A stretch of DNA of 64,000 nt from Bifidobacterium breve. Its GTDB lineage: Bacteria > Cyanobacteriota > Cyanobacteriia > PCC-6307 > Cyanobiaceae. Below, one piece after another: positions 1 through 9,946 of this stretch. The stretch spans positions 5,132 to 69,131 of the forward strand of contig CALPNT020000001.1 of NCBI GenBank assembly GCA_943325005.2, written 5' to 3'. Under the pieces are notes generated by a model. That model was not told the origin of the DNA. It did not search any database and saw only the letters and a list, made by a program, of their open reading frames with translations. Position 1 is the first letter of the stretch. Each line of letters opens with the position of its first letter. The position numbers were made by a program, and so were the translations under genes.

Positions 1-73
1 GCTTCTTGAACTTGCGGGCGTAGGCGCGGTTGCGCTCTTGCTTTTCCTTCTTGAGATTCCTGCGCTTGGACAT
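1..73 (-). CDS. Partial (5' end only) small, highly basic protein of unknown function
   Basis: Minus-strand ATG at 73 followed by MSKRRNLKKEKQERNRAYARKFKK..., running off the window edge. Same strand as the devA-like gene and 37 nt downstream of it. Confidence 0.35.
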   Translation of the reverse strand, partial: MSKRRNLKKEKQERNRAYARKFKK

Positions 74-109
74 GCGGTGAGGCGTTCCGGGGAAGATCGA
101 TGTCTCACC

Positions 110-895
110 TTAACCCTCAGCAGCCTCCCTGCCGGTGTCGGGAAGCCGACCAGCTCCCCAGAGCCGCTCGCCTTGGCCGCGATCCATCAGCTGACCATCC
201 TCCATGCGCACCACCCGATCAGCAATATCGAGGATGCGAGGGTCGTGGGTCACCATCAGCACCGCGCAATTCTGATTGCGGGCCAAGCCCTTGAGCAGAT
301 CCACCACCTCGCGGCCGGTGCGGCTGTCGAGGGCCGCGGTGGGTTCATCGGCCAGCAGCAGCCGGGGTTCGGCCGCCAGGGCGCGGGCAATCGCCACGCG
401 CTGTTTCTGGCCGCCGGACAGATCGTGGGGCAGTTTGCCGAGATGATCTTCCAGCCCCACCGCCCGCAACCACTGGCGGGCGAGATCGCGACGGGCTCGA
501 TAGCCCAGATCCGGCAGGAGATCCGCACCCATTTGCACGTTCTGTTCGGCACTCAGGCAGCGCAGCAGGTTGTGGCCCTGAAAGATCATGCCGATCGAGC
601 GGCGCAGCTGCTGGCGCTGGCCCCGCGTGGAGCCCTGGAGCTCGACGCCGAACACCCGCACCGAGCCATCCATCACCTGGCGCAAAGCCCCGACCAGCGT
701 GAGCAACGTGGTTTTGCCACAGCCGGATGGACCCGTGAGCAACACCACTTCGCCCGGATTAATGCTGAGATCAACGCCCTGCAGCACCTGGCGCCGGTTG
801 GAGCCGCTGCCATACCAATGGTTCAGTTGCCGCAGCTGCACGCAGGGCTCGACAGCTGCCGGAGGAACATTGGTGGCGAGCAAGGTGGAAAACAT
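110..895 (-). CDS. devA: ABC exporter ATP-binding subunit, DevA-like
   Basis: Walker A (GPSGCGKTT), ABC signature (LSGGQKQR) and Walker B (LLLADEPT). ATG at 895 lies 5 nt after the devC-like stop. The longer track ORF (to 928) would overlap devC. Confidence 0.85.
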   Translation of the reverse strand: MFSTLLATNVPPAAVEPCVQLRQLNHWYGSGSNRRQVLQGVDLSINPGEVVLLTGPSGCGKTTLLTLVGALRQVMDGSVRVFGVELQGSTRGQRQQLRRSIGMIFQGHNLLRCLSAEQNVQMGADLLPDLGYRARRDLARQWLRAVGLEDHLGKLPHDLSGGQKQRVAIARALAAEPRLLLADEPTAALDSRTGREVVDLLKGLARNQNCAVLMVTHDPRILDIADRVVRMEDGQLMDRGQGERLWGAGRLPDTGREAAEG

Positions 896-899
896 GGTG

Positions 900-2069
900 T
901 CAGAAGATCTCGGCTGGATCGGCATCACCGAGCTTGCGCATGGCCATGGCCGCTGAACCCATGCACATCGCCAGGATCAGCACGAACACCAGCAGCGAGC
1001 GCTCGGTATTCATATAAACGGGCAGTTTGGTGCCACTTCGCACCAGGGCATAGAGGCCCTGGCCGGCAAACCAGGCCGGCAGATAGCCCAGCACGGCCAG
1101 CAGCAGTCCCTCGCGGGCGACGACACCGAGCAGGTTGATCAACCGGTAGCCCATGGCCATCAAGGTGGCGTACTCGGGCAGGTGGTCGCTGACGTCGGAG
1201 TAAAGGATCTGATAGACGATCACACAACCGACGATGAAGCCCATCGCCGCTCCCAGGGTGAAGATGAAACCGATGGCGGTGCTGCTGCGCCAGTAGTTCT
1301 TTTCGAACTCCTCAAAGCCCTGCTTGGTGTAGATCGCCACGTCGTCGGGCAGGGTCTGGCGCAGACGCTCAGCCACCAGCCGTGGGTCGGAGCCGTTCTG
1401 CAACCGGATCAGGCCAAGTTCAATGCTGCCGGGTGACGTGTTGGGCATCAGCCGCAGGAAGGTTTCACGGCTGGTGAGCATGTTGCCGTCGGCGCCGAAG
1501 GAGGGACCCAGGGCCACCAGCCCCGCCACCCGCACCCGCTTGCCGGCCACCTCCGTTTCCACGGTGCGGCCCTGGCGAAACCAGCTGGCGATCGGCCCGA
1601 ATTCCGGGCGGGAGAGCTCATCGAACAGCACGCGCCCCTGCTGATTGAGCACATGGGCCTTGGCGGCCAGGCTCGGATCGGTGAACAGCGGATCGCCGGG
1701 TTCGAAGCCAATCGTGAGGATCGAGCGGGTGCGGCGGGTCTCGGGATTGCGCCAGAGCATCAGGTTCCAGTGCACGGGTGTGGTGCCCACCACGGCCGGA
1801 TCGGCCATCGCCTGCACCAGGCGCCGCCGCGGAAAGCCAGCCATGCCGATCGAGCTCATCGTGCGCGGGCTCATCAGCACCAGGTCGGCGTCAAACAGCT
1901 TGTGCACCGTGACGCTGGCGTCAAACAAGCCGTCCCGGAAGCCCAGCTGCATGAACATCAAGATGCCGGCGAAGGCAATGCCCGCCAGTGCCACCGCCAG
2001 TCGGCCCGGCTGGCGGGTGAGCAACAACCAGGCCAGGGGGATGCGGCGCCGTTGCCAGAAGCCGCTCAT
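900..2069 (-). CDS. devC: ABC exporter permease, DevC-like (FtsX/MacB-type)
   Basis: 389-aa membrane protein with an N-terminal TM, a large periplasmic domain and a C-terminal FtsX-like 3-TM bundle. Sits between the MFP and ATPase genes in devB-C-A order. Confidence 0.8.
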   Translation of the reverse strand: MSGFWQRRRIPLAWLLLTRQPGRLAVALAGIAFAGILMFMQLGFRDGLFDASVTVHKLFDADLVLMSPRTMSSIGMAGFPRRRLVQAMADPAVVGTTPVHWNLMLWRNPETRRTRSILTIGFEPGDPLFTDPSLAAKAHVLNQQGRVLFDELSRPEFGPIASWFRQGRTVETEVAGKRVRVAGLVALGPSFGADGNMLTSRETFLRLMPNTSPGSIELGLIRLQNGSDPRLVAERLRQTLPDDVAIYTKQGFEEFEKNYWRSSTAIGFIFTLGAAMGFIVGCVIVYQILYSDVSDHLPEYATLMAMGYRLINLLGVVAREGLLLAVLGYLPAWFAGQGLYALVRSGTKLPVYMNTERSLLVFVLILAMCMGSAAMAMRKLGDADPAEIF

Positions 2070-2082
2070 CGGATCGAAACGC

Positions 2083-3087
2083 TCATGGCTGGAAGCGGGC
2101 GATCAGCTTGAGGCCCGTCAGTGCCGCCACTTTTTGGACATCACTGGGATCAAGCCGCACCCGCACTTCCACCACCCGGGCATCAGCATCGCCGGTGGGG
2201 TCGGTGGAAAGCACGTCCCGCTGGCGCACCTGGGGGCTGATGCGGCTGACCACGCCGCTGAGGCTGCCGCTGAAGCCGCCGTTCTCACTGGTGAAGGTGG
2301 CCCGCTGTCCGAGCCGCACCCGGTTGATGTCGCTCTCATAGACCTCCACCAGGGCCTCCATCCGGTCGTTGGCGCCGATCTCGAGGATCCCCTTGTCGCC
2401 CGGGCGTTCACCCACCCGGCTATGGATGCGCAGCACGATGCCGTTGATCGGGGCCTTGAGCTCGGTGTTGACCAGATCAGTGTTCACCCGCACCAGCTGG
2501 GCTCTGGCCTCCTGCAATTGTCCCTGCAGCAGCAGATGAATCTGCTCACGGCGATCGAGTTCATCGACCGCCACCGCACCGGCGGCGGTGAGCCGCCGGT
2601 AGCGAGCGATTTCGCGGCTGTCCACGGCCAGCCGCCGCTCCAGATTGTTGATCCGGACACGCAGCAAGGTGTGCTCGGCCTGCTGGGCGGGGCCGTTGTC
2701 GAAGCGGGCGAGCACCGCGCCTGCCGCCACCCGCTGCCCCTCTTCAACCAGCAGTTCCATCAGCCGCGGACTACCGCCGATGCCGATGATCGGAGCCGCC
2801 AGCACACGGATGTCGCCGGCGGGTTCGAGCCGCCCCAGGGCCGCCACCGGCTCCTGCGCCAGGGGGCGTTGCACGCGTGGGGTGCTGGTCGTTCTGGCCT
2901 TGGGCCAGAGGCGCTCGCGGTTGAGCAGCAGCAGGGTGCCGGCTCCAGCCACAGCCACCAGGGCGATCAGCAGAGGGCGGGAGGGTCGTCGAACAGCAGC
3001 GCTTCGATGTAGCGATCCGCCCAGGCCGGGTTGAACGCCTTCTCCAGGACCCTGCGGGTCTTGTCGTTCTGTTTCTGCTGCCTGCAA
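2083..3087 (-). CDS. devB: Membrane fusion protein, DevB/HlyD-like
   Basis: N-terminal TM ([17 protein letters not shown]), coiled-coil segment and beta-barrel C-terminus typical of HlyD-family adaptors. There is no in-frame ATG near the N-terminus. TTG at 3087 is the longest start and GTG at 2958 is an alternative, so the start is uncertain. Confidence 0.75.
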   Translation of the reverse strand: MQAAETERQDPQGPGEGVQPGLGGSLHRSAAVRRPSRPLLIALVAVAGAGTLLLLNRERLWPKARTTSTPRVQRPLAQEPVAALGRLEPAGDIRVLAAPIIGIGGSPRLMELLVEEGQRVAAGAVLARFDNGPAQQAEHTLLRVRINNLERRLAVDSREIARYRRLTAAGAVAVDELDRREQIHLLLQGQLQEARAQLVRVNTDLVNTELKAPINGIVLRIHSRVGERPGDKGILEIGANDRMEALVEVYESDINRVRLGQRATFTSENGGFSGSLSGVVSRISPQVRQRDVLSTDPTGDADARVVEVRVRLDPSDVQKVAALTGLKLIARFQP

Positions 3088-3719
3088 TAGCTCAACTGCC
3101 CCTGCCAGCGTTGAACCGTAGCGGCATGATCGATCGGCTGAGGATGGCCAGCCGCCACCGCCGTCCCCAGCACCGTCAGCAAGCCGACCACCGCTTCGAT
3201 GAACAGCTGCTCTTCCGCGACATTGGCAGGCCGCACGAACAGCACATGGGGCGAGAAGATCGAGCCCCAGGCCGGCAGCTCCCGCGGTTGGGAAAACAGC
3301 GGGCGTGCTTGCTGGCTCAGGGCCGCGTCGATGGCCGGGGGCAGGCCCGGTGCCACGGGGGAAAGATCAGCGATCGCGGCCGACACGCCCGCCGGTCCGG
3401 CCACGATGTCGGCGCCGAAAATCGGCAGGTCGTAGCGGGGATCGGGGAAAAACACGCAGTGCAGTATCTGCAGGCCGCGGCCGAGGCGGGCGGTTTCGAG
3501 GTGGAGTTTGCGCAGGCCGCGGCACTGGTGCACCTCGTTGCGGATGAACAACTCCTCGCCGTCGAGGCTGCCGCTAATCGCCTCGAGATCGGCGTCAATC
3601 GCCAGGGGCGCCAGCTCTGGAAGCGCCTGCCGGCACTCGCGGATGCGCGCCGCCAGGGCATCCACCAGGGGGTGCACCCCACCGGAACGGGAGGGACTCG
3701 CGGGAGTTGAAAGCGTCAT
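2967..3719 (-). CDS. pcyA: Phycocyanobilin:ferredoxin oxidoreductase
   Basis: 250 aa from ATG 3719. The sequence ([37 protein letters not shown]...[14 protein letters not shown]) matches the ferredoxin-dependent bilin reductase family as I recall it. The upstream part of track ORF 2967..4046 has no family resemblance. Confidence 0.85.
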   Translation of the reverse strand: MTLSTPASPSRSGGVHPLVDALAARIRECRQALPELAPLAIDADLEAISGSLDGEELFIRNEVHQCRGLRKLHLETARLGRGLQILHCVFFPDPRYDLPIFGADIVAGPAGVSAAIADLSPVAPGLPPAIDAALSQQARPLFSQPRELPAWGSIFSPHVLFVRPANVAEEQLFIEAVVGLLTVLGTAVAAGHPQPIDHAATVQRWQGQLSYCRQQKQNDKTRRVLEKAFNPAWADRYIEALLFDDPPALC

Positions 3720-3762
3720 CGCGGCCCTGCAGCCAGCAGAATGTCGATCCTGCCATGCATCT

Positions 3763-5037
3763 GTGAGCCTTCCTGAAGCTTGTTGTGGGCCGTTGCTGCC
3801 TGGCCTGGGTGAACCTGATCGCCAGCGGCTGGCCAATGGTGCCGAGCTGGTGGCCCTGCCGCTCGACGACGCCCCGCTGGTGTGTCTTGATTTCTGGTGC
3901 CGGGCCGGCAGCGCCTGGGAGCGCCCGGGGGAGAGCGGCCTGGCCCACTTTCTGGAGCACATGGTGTTCAAGGGCAGCGAGAGCCTGGCCGCCGGTGAAT
4001 TCGATCGGCGGGTGGAGGCCCTCGGCGGCAGCAGCAATGCCGCCACGGGTTTTGACGACGTGCACTATCACGTGCTGATCCCACCGGAGGCAGCCCCGGA
4101 GGCCCTCGACCTGCTGCTGGATCTGGTGCTCCACCCCCGGCTGGAGCCGGAAGCTTTCGCGATGGAGCGCCAGGTGGTGCTCGAGGAACTGGCCCAGAGT
4201 GAGGATCAGCCCGAAGAGGTGGCGCTGCAGCGGCTGCTGGCCCAGGCCTGCCCGAACCATCCTTATGGCGAGCCGATTCTCGGCCAGCGCCAGGCCCTGC
4301 TGGCCCATGACCCGGCCGCCATGGCCGCCTTCCACCAGCGGCTCTATGGCGGTGGTCGCTGCGTGCTGGCCATCAGCGGCGCGGTTGCCGATGGGCAGCT
4401 GGCCCGCCGGATCGCCGCCAGCGCCCTGGCGGATCTGGCCCCGGCGGCGGTCGCTCAGCCACCGGCCGAGCTGCGCTTGATCCAGGGGGAAGAGCGCCTG
4501 GTGCTGCCGCGGCTGGAGGCGGCCCGTCTGCTGATGGCCTGGTGGCAGCCCGCCGCTGACGATCTCGAGGGGGTGATGGGTGCTGATCTGGCCACCACCG
4601 TGCTGGCCGAGGGGCGCCGCAGCCGTTTGGTCGAAAGGCTGCGTGAGCAGCTCCGCATCGTCGAAAGCATCGACGTTGATCTGCATGCGATGGAAAGTGG
4701 CAGCCTGGCCTTACTGGAGGCGGTCTGCGAGCCGGAGGACCTGCCGGAGGTACGCCTTGCCATCAGCCAGGTCTGGACCGAACTGATGGCGCAGGAGATC
4801 GGTGAGGCCGAATGGCAGCGAGCCCAGCGCCTGGTGGCTAACGCCTATCGTTTTGGCCTCGAGTCGGCGGGCAGTGTGGCCGGCCTGATCGGCAGCACCA
4901 CCCTCTGGGGTCGGCGCCAATCCCTGCAGCAACACCTGGACCTGTTGCCGCTCTGGTCACCGTGCCGGCTGCGCGAGCAGGCGCTGTCACGACTGGACCC
5001 GGCCCAGGCCTACATCCTCGAGGCGGTGCCGGCATGA
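3763..5037 (+). CDS. M16-family (insulinase/pitrilysin-like) zinc peptidase, HxxEH subunit
   Basis: HFLEH zinc motif ([14 protein letters not shown]). The start is uncertain: GTG at 3763 or TTG at 3793. The longer track ORF from 3508 would overlap divergent pcyA. Confidence 0.8.
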   Translation: MSLPEACCGPLLPGLGEPDRQRLANGAELVALPLDDAPLVCLDFWCRAGSAWERPGESGLAHFLEHMVFKGSESLAAGEFDRRVEALGGSSNAATGFDDVHYHVLIPPEAAPEALDLLLDLVLHPRLEPEAFAMERQVVLEELAQSEDQPEEVALQRLLAQACPNHPYGEPILGQRQALLAHDPAAMAAFHQRLYGGGRCVLAISGAVADGQLARRIAASALADLAPAAVAQPPAELRLIQGEERLVLPRLEAARLLMAWWQPAADDLEGVMGADLATTVLAEGRRSRLVERLREQLRIVESIDVDLHAMESGSLALLEAVCEPEDLPEVRLAISQVWTELMAQEIGEAEWQRAQRLVANAYRFGLESAGSVAGLIGSTTLWGRRQSLQQHLDLLPLWSPCRLREQALSRLDPAQAYILEAVPA

Positions 5038-6341
5038 TCGAAACCCACCTTCCCCCCCTGGCGGAGTCGCTCAGCCTGGCCGGCGGACTTCCGGTGCGGC
5101 TGCTGCGGCGTCAGGGGCCTGCCATCCTCTCGGCCCGGCTGGCGATCCGCGGCGGCAGTAGCGCCGACCCTGCGGGCGGCCGCGGTGCCCATCAGCTGCT
5201 GGCCGGCCTGATGACCCGGGGCTGCGGCGAGCTCGATGCCGAGGCCCTGGCCGATCTGGTGGAAGGCGCCGGGGCGGGCCTGCGGGCCGAGGCCCTGGAG
5301 GATGCGCTGGTGATCGGGCTCAAGTGCGCCGCCGCCGATGGCGCCAGCCTGCTGCCCTTGTTGCTGGCCATGGTGCGGCAACCGCAATTGAGTTCAGACC
5401 AGCTGGATCTGGAGCGCCAGCTGAACCTGCAGACCCTGCAACGCCAAAAGGAAGACCCCTTCCAGCTGGCCCACGACCAGTTGCGCCACAACCTCTATGG
5501 CGCCGGTCCCTATGGCCACGATCCCCTGGGGGTGGAAGCGGATCTGGAATCCCTCGCGGCTGCCGATCTGCAGCCTCTGGTGGCCGACCTGGGCCAGGCC
5601 GGGGCCGTAATGGTGCTCAGCGGCGCGATTCCCGACGATCTGACCGCACTCCTGGAGCAGGGCCTGGGCGGCGAACCCTGGCCCACGCTGCTGCCCAGCG
5701 CGGCGGCCTGGTCGAGCCGGCCCAGCGCGCCGCCTGCCGCTCGATTGGTGCAGCTGGAGCAGGACACCGAGCAATTGGTGCTGATGCTGGGCTGCACCAC
5801 GCTGCCCCTGGGCCATCCCGATGCGGTGGCCTTGCGCCTGCTCCAGGCCCATCTGGGCCTGGGCATGTCCTCCCGTCTATTTGTGACGATGCGCGAGGAG
5901 CGCGGCCTGGCCTACGACGTCGGCGTGCATCTGCCGGCCCGTTGCGGCGCGGCACCCTTCGTGATGCATCTCTCCACCTCAGCCGATCGGGCCGAGGAAG
6001 CCACCCGTTGTCTGCTGCAGGAATGGCAGCGGGTGCGGGAACAACCACTCGATCAAACTGAGCTGGCTCTGGCTCTGGCCAAATACCGCGGCCAGGACGC
6101 GATGGGTCGGCAGACCTGTTCCCAGCTGGCCGAGCGACTGGCTCTGGTGCTCAGCCATGGGTTGCCGGCCAACCATGTGGAGCGTTGCCTTGAGCAGGCG
6201 TTGCACCTGTCCGCCGAGGCGATCCGCCAGGCTGCCGCCACCTGGCTCGGCCAGCCATCGCTGAGCCTGGTCGGTCCAACGCCGGCCCTGGCCGCGGCCG
6301 CCAGGGCCTGGGAAGGCGATCCGCTCAGCGGCCCTGGCTGA
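5034..6341 (+). CDS. M16-family peptidase partner subunit (no HxxEH seen)
   Basis: ATG at 5034 overlaps the upstream stop (ATGA). M16 fold-like sequence (LAGLMTRGCG..., ERGLAYDVG) without an HxxEH motif, as is typical of paired processing-protease genes. Confidence 0.75.
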   Translation: MIETHLPPLAESLSLAGGLPVRLLRRQGPAILSARLAIRGGSSADPAGGRGAHQLLAGLMTRGCGELDAEALADLVEGAGAGLRAEALEDALVIGLKCAAADGASLLPLLLAMVRQPQLSSDQLDLERQLNLQTLQRQKEDPFQLAHDQLRHNLYGAGPYGHDPLGVEADLESLAAADLQPLVADLGQAGAVMVLSGAIPDDLTALLEQGLGGEPWPTLLPSAAAWSSRPSAPPAARLVQLEQDTEQLVLMLGCTTLPLGHPDAVALRLLQAHLGLGMSSRLFVTMREERGLAYDVGVHLPARCGAAPFVMHLSTSADRAEEATRCLLQEWQRVREQPLDQTELALALAKYRGQDAMGRQTCSQLAERLALVLSHGLPANHVERCLEQALHLSAEAIRQAAATWLGQPSLSLVGPTPALAAAARAWEGDPLSGPG

Positions 6342-6705
6342 GCTCCGTGCCCACACGGCGCAGATCCCGGGCTGCAATCAAAAAGGTGCCGCGGCGAAAC
6401 CGCACCGCCAGCTGATCGAGGGCGCGGATCTCCACCACCTGACCCTGTTCGCCAGCATCGACCAGATCGGGCGGACGCAGCATCGGCATCGGATCGGCCG
6501 TTTTGAGATAGGAGAGCTGTCGCTCCAGGCCCACCTGCTCGCCGAGCTGGAACGCTGCTGGTACGGCTGGGAGCCCAGTCGCCACTGCACCAACCGCAAC
6601 CTCAGCAGCAGCCGGTTCGGAGCGATCCACAGGCTCCGGGCGGGCTGGGTCCGTGCTGTTGCTGCTCAGACCGACGCTGGTCAAAGTCCATGCTCCCCTT
6701 CTCAC
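6325..6705 (-). CDS. Conserved hypothetical protein (resembles cyanobacterial DUF3148)
   Basis: 126-aa ORF with a GTG start at 6705. The C-terminal half (YLKTADPMPMLRPPDLVDAGEQGQVVEIR...VRFRRGTFLI) resembles a small conserved cyanobacterial/plastid family as I recall it. It overlaps the convergent M16 gene by 17 nt. Confidence 0.45.
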   Translation of the reverse strand: MRRGAWTLTSVGLSSNSTDPARPEPVDRSEPAAAEVAVGAVATGLPAVPAAFQLGEQVGLERQLSYLKTADPMPMLRPPDLVDAGEQGQVVEIRALDQLAVRFRRGTFLIAARDLRRVGTELSQGR

Positions 6706-6751
6706 TTGAACCTAGCTGCAGCAGGATGGTCGGGCGCCTGAGATCAATTCG

Positions 6752-7321
6752 TTGCGAGCCCTAGCCACCTGGAGCGGCGCCATCGCCGGTTTGCTGCTGA
6801 TTGTGGTGGGAGGCCTGGTACCGACGGCCTTTCCCTTTCACGATGCCGCGGGCTGGAGCCTCCGACCCCTGGGCATCACCCTGCAGGTGCCTGCCCTGCT
6901 GCTCACGGCTCTGGTGGCCGGCCCCCGCAGTGCGCTGCTGGCAGCGGTTGCCTACCTGAGCGTGGGCCTGTTCCAGCTGCCGGTGTTCCATGAGGGCGGC
7001 GGGGTCGGGTATCTGCTGGATCCGGGTTTTGGCTATCTGGCCGGTTTCGTGCCCGCCGCCTGGGTAAGCGGCCGGCTGGCGCGCCAGCCCGACATGGGCG
7101 ATCCGCTCAGCCTGGCTGTGGTGGCTGGCCTCGGGCTACTGGTGATCCAGCTCTGCGGCCTCGCCAATCTGTTGCTTGGTGCCGTGATGGGTCGCTGGGG
7201 CGATGGTGTGCTGCCGCTGGTGATTGGCTACAGCCTCGCCCTGCTCCCCCAGTTGCTGCTCTGTTGTGCCGTGGCGGTGCTTGCCTGGTTGCTGCGCCGC
7301 ATTTTGCTGATCGAATCGTGA
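6752..7321 (+). CDS. bioY: Biotin transporter BioY
   Basis: 189-aa polytopic membrane protein with BioY-like motifs (GPRSALLAAVAYLSVGL..., GYLAGFVPAAWVSG). TTG start as given by the track. Confidence 0.75.
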   Translation: MRALATWSGAIAGLLLIVVGGLVPTAFPFHDAAGWSLRPLGITLQVPALLLTALVAGPRSALLAAVAYLSVGLFQLPVFHEGGGVGYLLDPGFGYLAGFVPAAWVSGRLARQPDMGDPLSLAVVAGLGLLVIQLCGLANLLLGAVMGRWGDGVLPLVIGYSLALLPQLLLCCAVAVLAWLLRRILLIES

Positions 7322-7812
7322 GACAGCATCCCAGTGGGCGCTCGAGCCTGGCTCACCGGCTCTGGCCCTGGCTTGTGGCCGGCAGCCTGGTGATGCTGGA
7401 CCAGATCAGCAAGGCCTGGGCGCTGCAGCAACTCGCTCCCGGTCAGACGATGCCCTGGCTGCCGGGGCTGCTGCAGCTGCAGCGGGTGGGGAATACGGGC
7501 GCTGCCTTCAGCCTGCTCAGTGGCAACAGTGCCGGGCTCGGCCTGATCAGCGCCCTGGTGACGCTGCTGGCCGGAGCCTGGCTGCTGTTGCGGCCACCAC
7601 CGCGGCGGTGGTTGGCTTTGGCCGTGGCCTTCCTGCTGGCCGGGGCCCTGGGCAATGGCCTCGATCGTTGGCGGCTGGGTTTCGTGGTGGATTTCCTCGA
7701 GTTCGTGCCGATCCATTTCCCGATCTTCAACATCGCCGACGTGGCGATCAACGCGGCGCTGGTCTGCTTCGCCATCGACTGGCTGCGCAGTGGCAGGCCT
7801 CTCCATGACTGA
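7318..7812 (+). CDS. lspA: Lipoprotein signal peptidase (signal peptidase II)
   Basis: NTGAAFS and FNIADVAI motifs and 4 TM segments. GTG at 7318 overlaps the bioY stop (GTGA). Confidence 0.85.
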   Translation: MRQHPSGRSSLAHRLWPWLVAGSLVMLDQISKAWALQQLAPGQTMPWLPGLLQLQRVGNTGAAFSLLSGNSAGLGLISALVTLLAGAWLLLRPPPRRWLALAVAFLLAGALGNGLDRWRLGFVVDFLEFVPIHFPIFNIADVAINAALVCFAIDWLRSGRPLHD

Positions 7813-9946
7813 GCTGCGGCTGGAGATCCAGCTGCCCGGCCAGCCAGCGCGCCGCCAGACCCTGGGGGGGGGCTGCTACCGGCTGGGTCGCGATCGCAAC
7901 GCCGAAATCGTCATCGCCCATGCCGCCGTCAGCCGCCAGCATGCGCTGCTGGAGGAACGGAGCGGCCGATGGGTGCTGCGCGATCAGGAATCCACCAATG
8001 GACTCTGGTGGCGTGGCCAGCGGATCAAGGAGCTGCTGCTGCGTGATGGCGACAGGGTGCGCTTCGGCCCCAGCCATCTGAGCGACCTGCCCGAGATCAG
8101 CTTCAGCAGCCCCCCCAGCCCGCCGCTGGCGGCGATAGCCAAAGGCAGCGCCCTGGCGCTGGCTGGGGTGTTTGGCGGCGGTTTGCTGCTGTTGCTGCTC
8201 TCGCTATTGCAGATTCCGATCCGCGGCAGCCTGGCCACGGTGCGTGGCCCCCTGGTGCTCTACGACCGGAACAGCCGGCCGATCGCTTCGGTGGACGACC
8301 AGCAGCACCACGAGCTCTGGCAACTGAACCAGTACCCCAGGGTGTTGATTGAGGCGTTGCTGGCCAGTGAGGACACCCGCTTCTGGTGGCATCCGGGGGT
8401 GGATCCGATCGGTACCGCCCGCGCCCTGCTCGCCAACCTGGTCGGGGGCCGCGTGCTCGAGGGGGGCAGCACGCTCACCCAGCAGCTCGCCCGCAGCCTC
8501 TATCCCGAACAGGTGGGACAGGGGGAAACCTTCGCCCGTAAATGGCGCGAGTTGCTGGTGGCGCTGCAGCTGGAGGCGCGCTACAGCAAACGGGATCTGC
8601 TGTTGAGTTATCTGAATCGGGTGTTCCTCGGCAGCGGCTGGGGCTTTGAGGACGCCTCGCGCCATCTGTTCGGCAAACCCGCTGCCCGGCTGGAGCTGGC
8701 TGAGGCGGCGCTGTTGGTGGGCCTGCTGCCTTCCCCCAATGGTTACGACCCCTGCTTCGACCCCCAGGCGGCCCTGGCGGCCCGCAACCAGGTGCTTGCC
8801 AAGATGGCCGACTCAGGACGGATCAGTGCCGATCTGGCCCGCTCCGCAAGGCGCCAGCCGATCCAGCTGGCCAGCCAGGCCTGCCGCTCGCGAGAGCGCC
8901 GGGCGGCACCCTTCTACACCGACCAGGTGCGGCGCGATCTCGACAAGCTGGTGGGGGCGGACGTGGCCGCCGAAGGCAATTTCCTGATCGACACCCACCT
9001 GGATCCGTCACTGCAGGCGTTGGTGGAGCGCTTGCTGCGGCAACAGATCGATGCCGCTCGCTCGCTCGGGGTGAGCCAGGGAGCCGTGGTGGTGCTGGAC
9101 AGCCGCAACGGCGGCGTTCTGGCGATCGCCGGTGGCCGCGACTATCGCCAGAGCCAGTTCAACCGGGCCACGATGGCGTTGCGCCAACCGGGCAGCACCT
9201 TCAAGCTGGTGCCCTATCTACTGGCTCTGGAACGGGGCAGCAAAGCCAGCGACCCGGTGGATTGCGGCCCGCTGGAATGGCGGGGACAGCGCTTCAGCAG
9301 TAGCTGTGGCGGCAAGCTCAGCCTGCGCCAGGCCCTGGCGATCAGCAGCAACACCGCCGCCCTGAGGCTGGCCCGCCAGGCGGGACTGGAAGCTGTGGCG
9401 CAGAAAGCCCACGATCTGGGCATCAGCTCGCCGCTCAACCCGGTGCCGGGGCTGGCCCTGGGTCAGAGCGAAGTGACCCTGCTGGAACTCACCGGTGCCT
9501 ACGGCGCCATTGCCGAAAACGGTATCTGGCACGCCCCCAGCACGATCCGCAAACTCACCGATGCCGAGGCTTGCCCCCGCTCGCTCAAGGGCAGCTGCCA
9601 CAGCGCCCATCAGCCAGGAACCAGCCCCCCCGCGGCCCTGGGCAGCACCAACAGCAGCGGCAGGCGCGTCGCCAGCCCGGCCAACGCCAAGGCGATGCGC
9701 AGCCTGCTGCAGTCGGTGGTGAGCAGTGGCACGGGCACGGCGGCCAACGTGGGGGGCGGAGCCGGCGGCAAGACCGGCACCACCAATGACGGCCGCGATC
9801 TGTGGTTCATCGGCTTCCTGCCCCAGCGGCACTGGGTGATGGGCGTCTGGCTCGGCAACGACAACAACGCCCCGACCCAGGCCAGCAGCGCCCTGGCCGC
9901 CTCCCTGTGGGGTGACATCGTGCGCTCCTCCAGTCCGGCGCCCTGA
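7805..9946 (+). CDS. Class A penicillin-binding protein (transglycosylase/transpeptidase) with N-terminal FHA domain
   Basis: From ATG 7805 the protein has: an FHA-like segment (LGRDRNAEIVIAHAAVSRQHALL...STNGLWWRGQRI), one TM, GT51 motifs (EDTRFWWHPGVDP, GGSTLTQQLAR) and transpeptidase motifs STFK, SSN and KTGTT. Confidence 0.88.
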   Translation: MTELRLEIQLPGQPARRQTLGGGCYRLGRDRNAEIVIAHAAVSRQHALLEERSGRWVLRDQESTNGLWWRGQRIKELLLRDGDRVRFGPSHLSDLPEISFSSPPSPPLAAIAKGSALALAGVFGGGLLLLLLSLLQIPIRGSLATVRGPLVLYDRNSRPIASVDDQQHHELWQLNQYPRVLIEALLASEDTRFWWHPGVDPIGTARALLANLVGGRVLEGGSTLTQQLARSLYPEQVGQGETFARKWRELLVALQLEARYSKRDLLLSYLNRVFLGSGWGFEDASRHLFGKPAARLELAEAALLVGLLPSPNGYDPCFDPQAALAARNQVLAKMADSGRISADLARSARRQPIQLASQACRSRERRAAPFYTDQVRRDLDKLVGADVAAEGNFLIDTHLDPSLQALVERLLRQQIDAARSLGVSQGAVVVLDSRNGGVLAIAGGRDYRQSQFNRATMALRQPGSTFKLVPYLLALERGSKASDPVDCGPLEWRGQRFSSSCGGKLSLRQALAISSNTAALRLARQAGLEAVAQKAHDLGISSPLNPVPGLALGQSEVTLLELTGAYGAIAENGIWHAPSTIRKLTDAEACPRSLKGSCHSAHQPGTSPPAALGSTNSSGRRVASPANAKAMRSLLQSVVSSGTGTAANVGGGAGGKTGTTNDGRDLWFIGFLPQRHWVMGVWLGNDNNAPTQASSALAASLWGDIVRSSSPAP

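Noticed and set aside
3508-3762. N-terminal extensions implied by longest-ORF coordinates in the track: M16 peptidase from 3508, pcyA to 4046, EamA from 38486, dnaG to 39009, rlmB to 51895, mrnC to 52310, GUN4 to 20857 and psb28 from 19763.
   Set aside because: The extensions overlap neighbouring well-supported genes and lack family-like sequence. An internal start codon at the conserved N-terminus, often overlapping the upstream stop, fits better.
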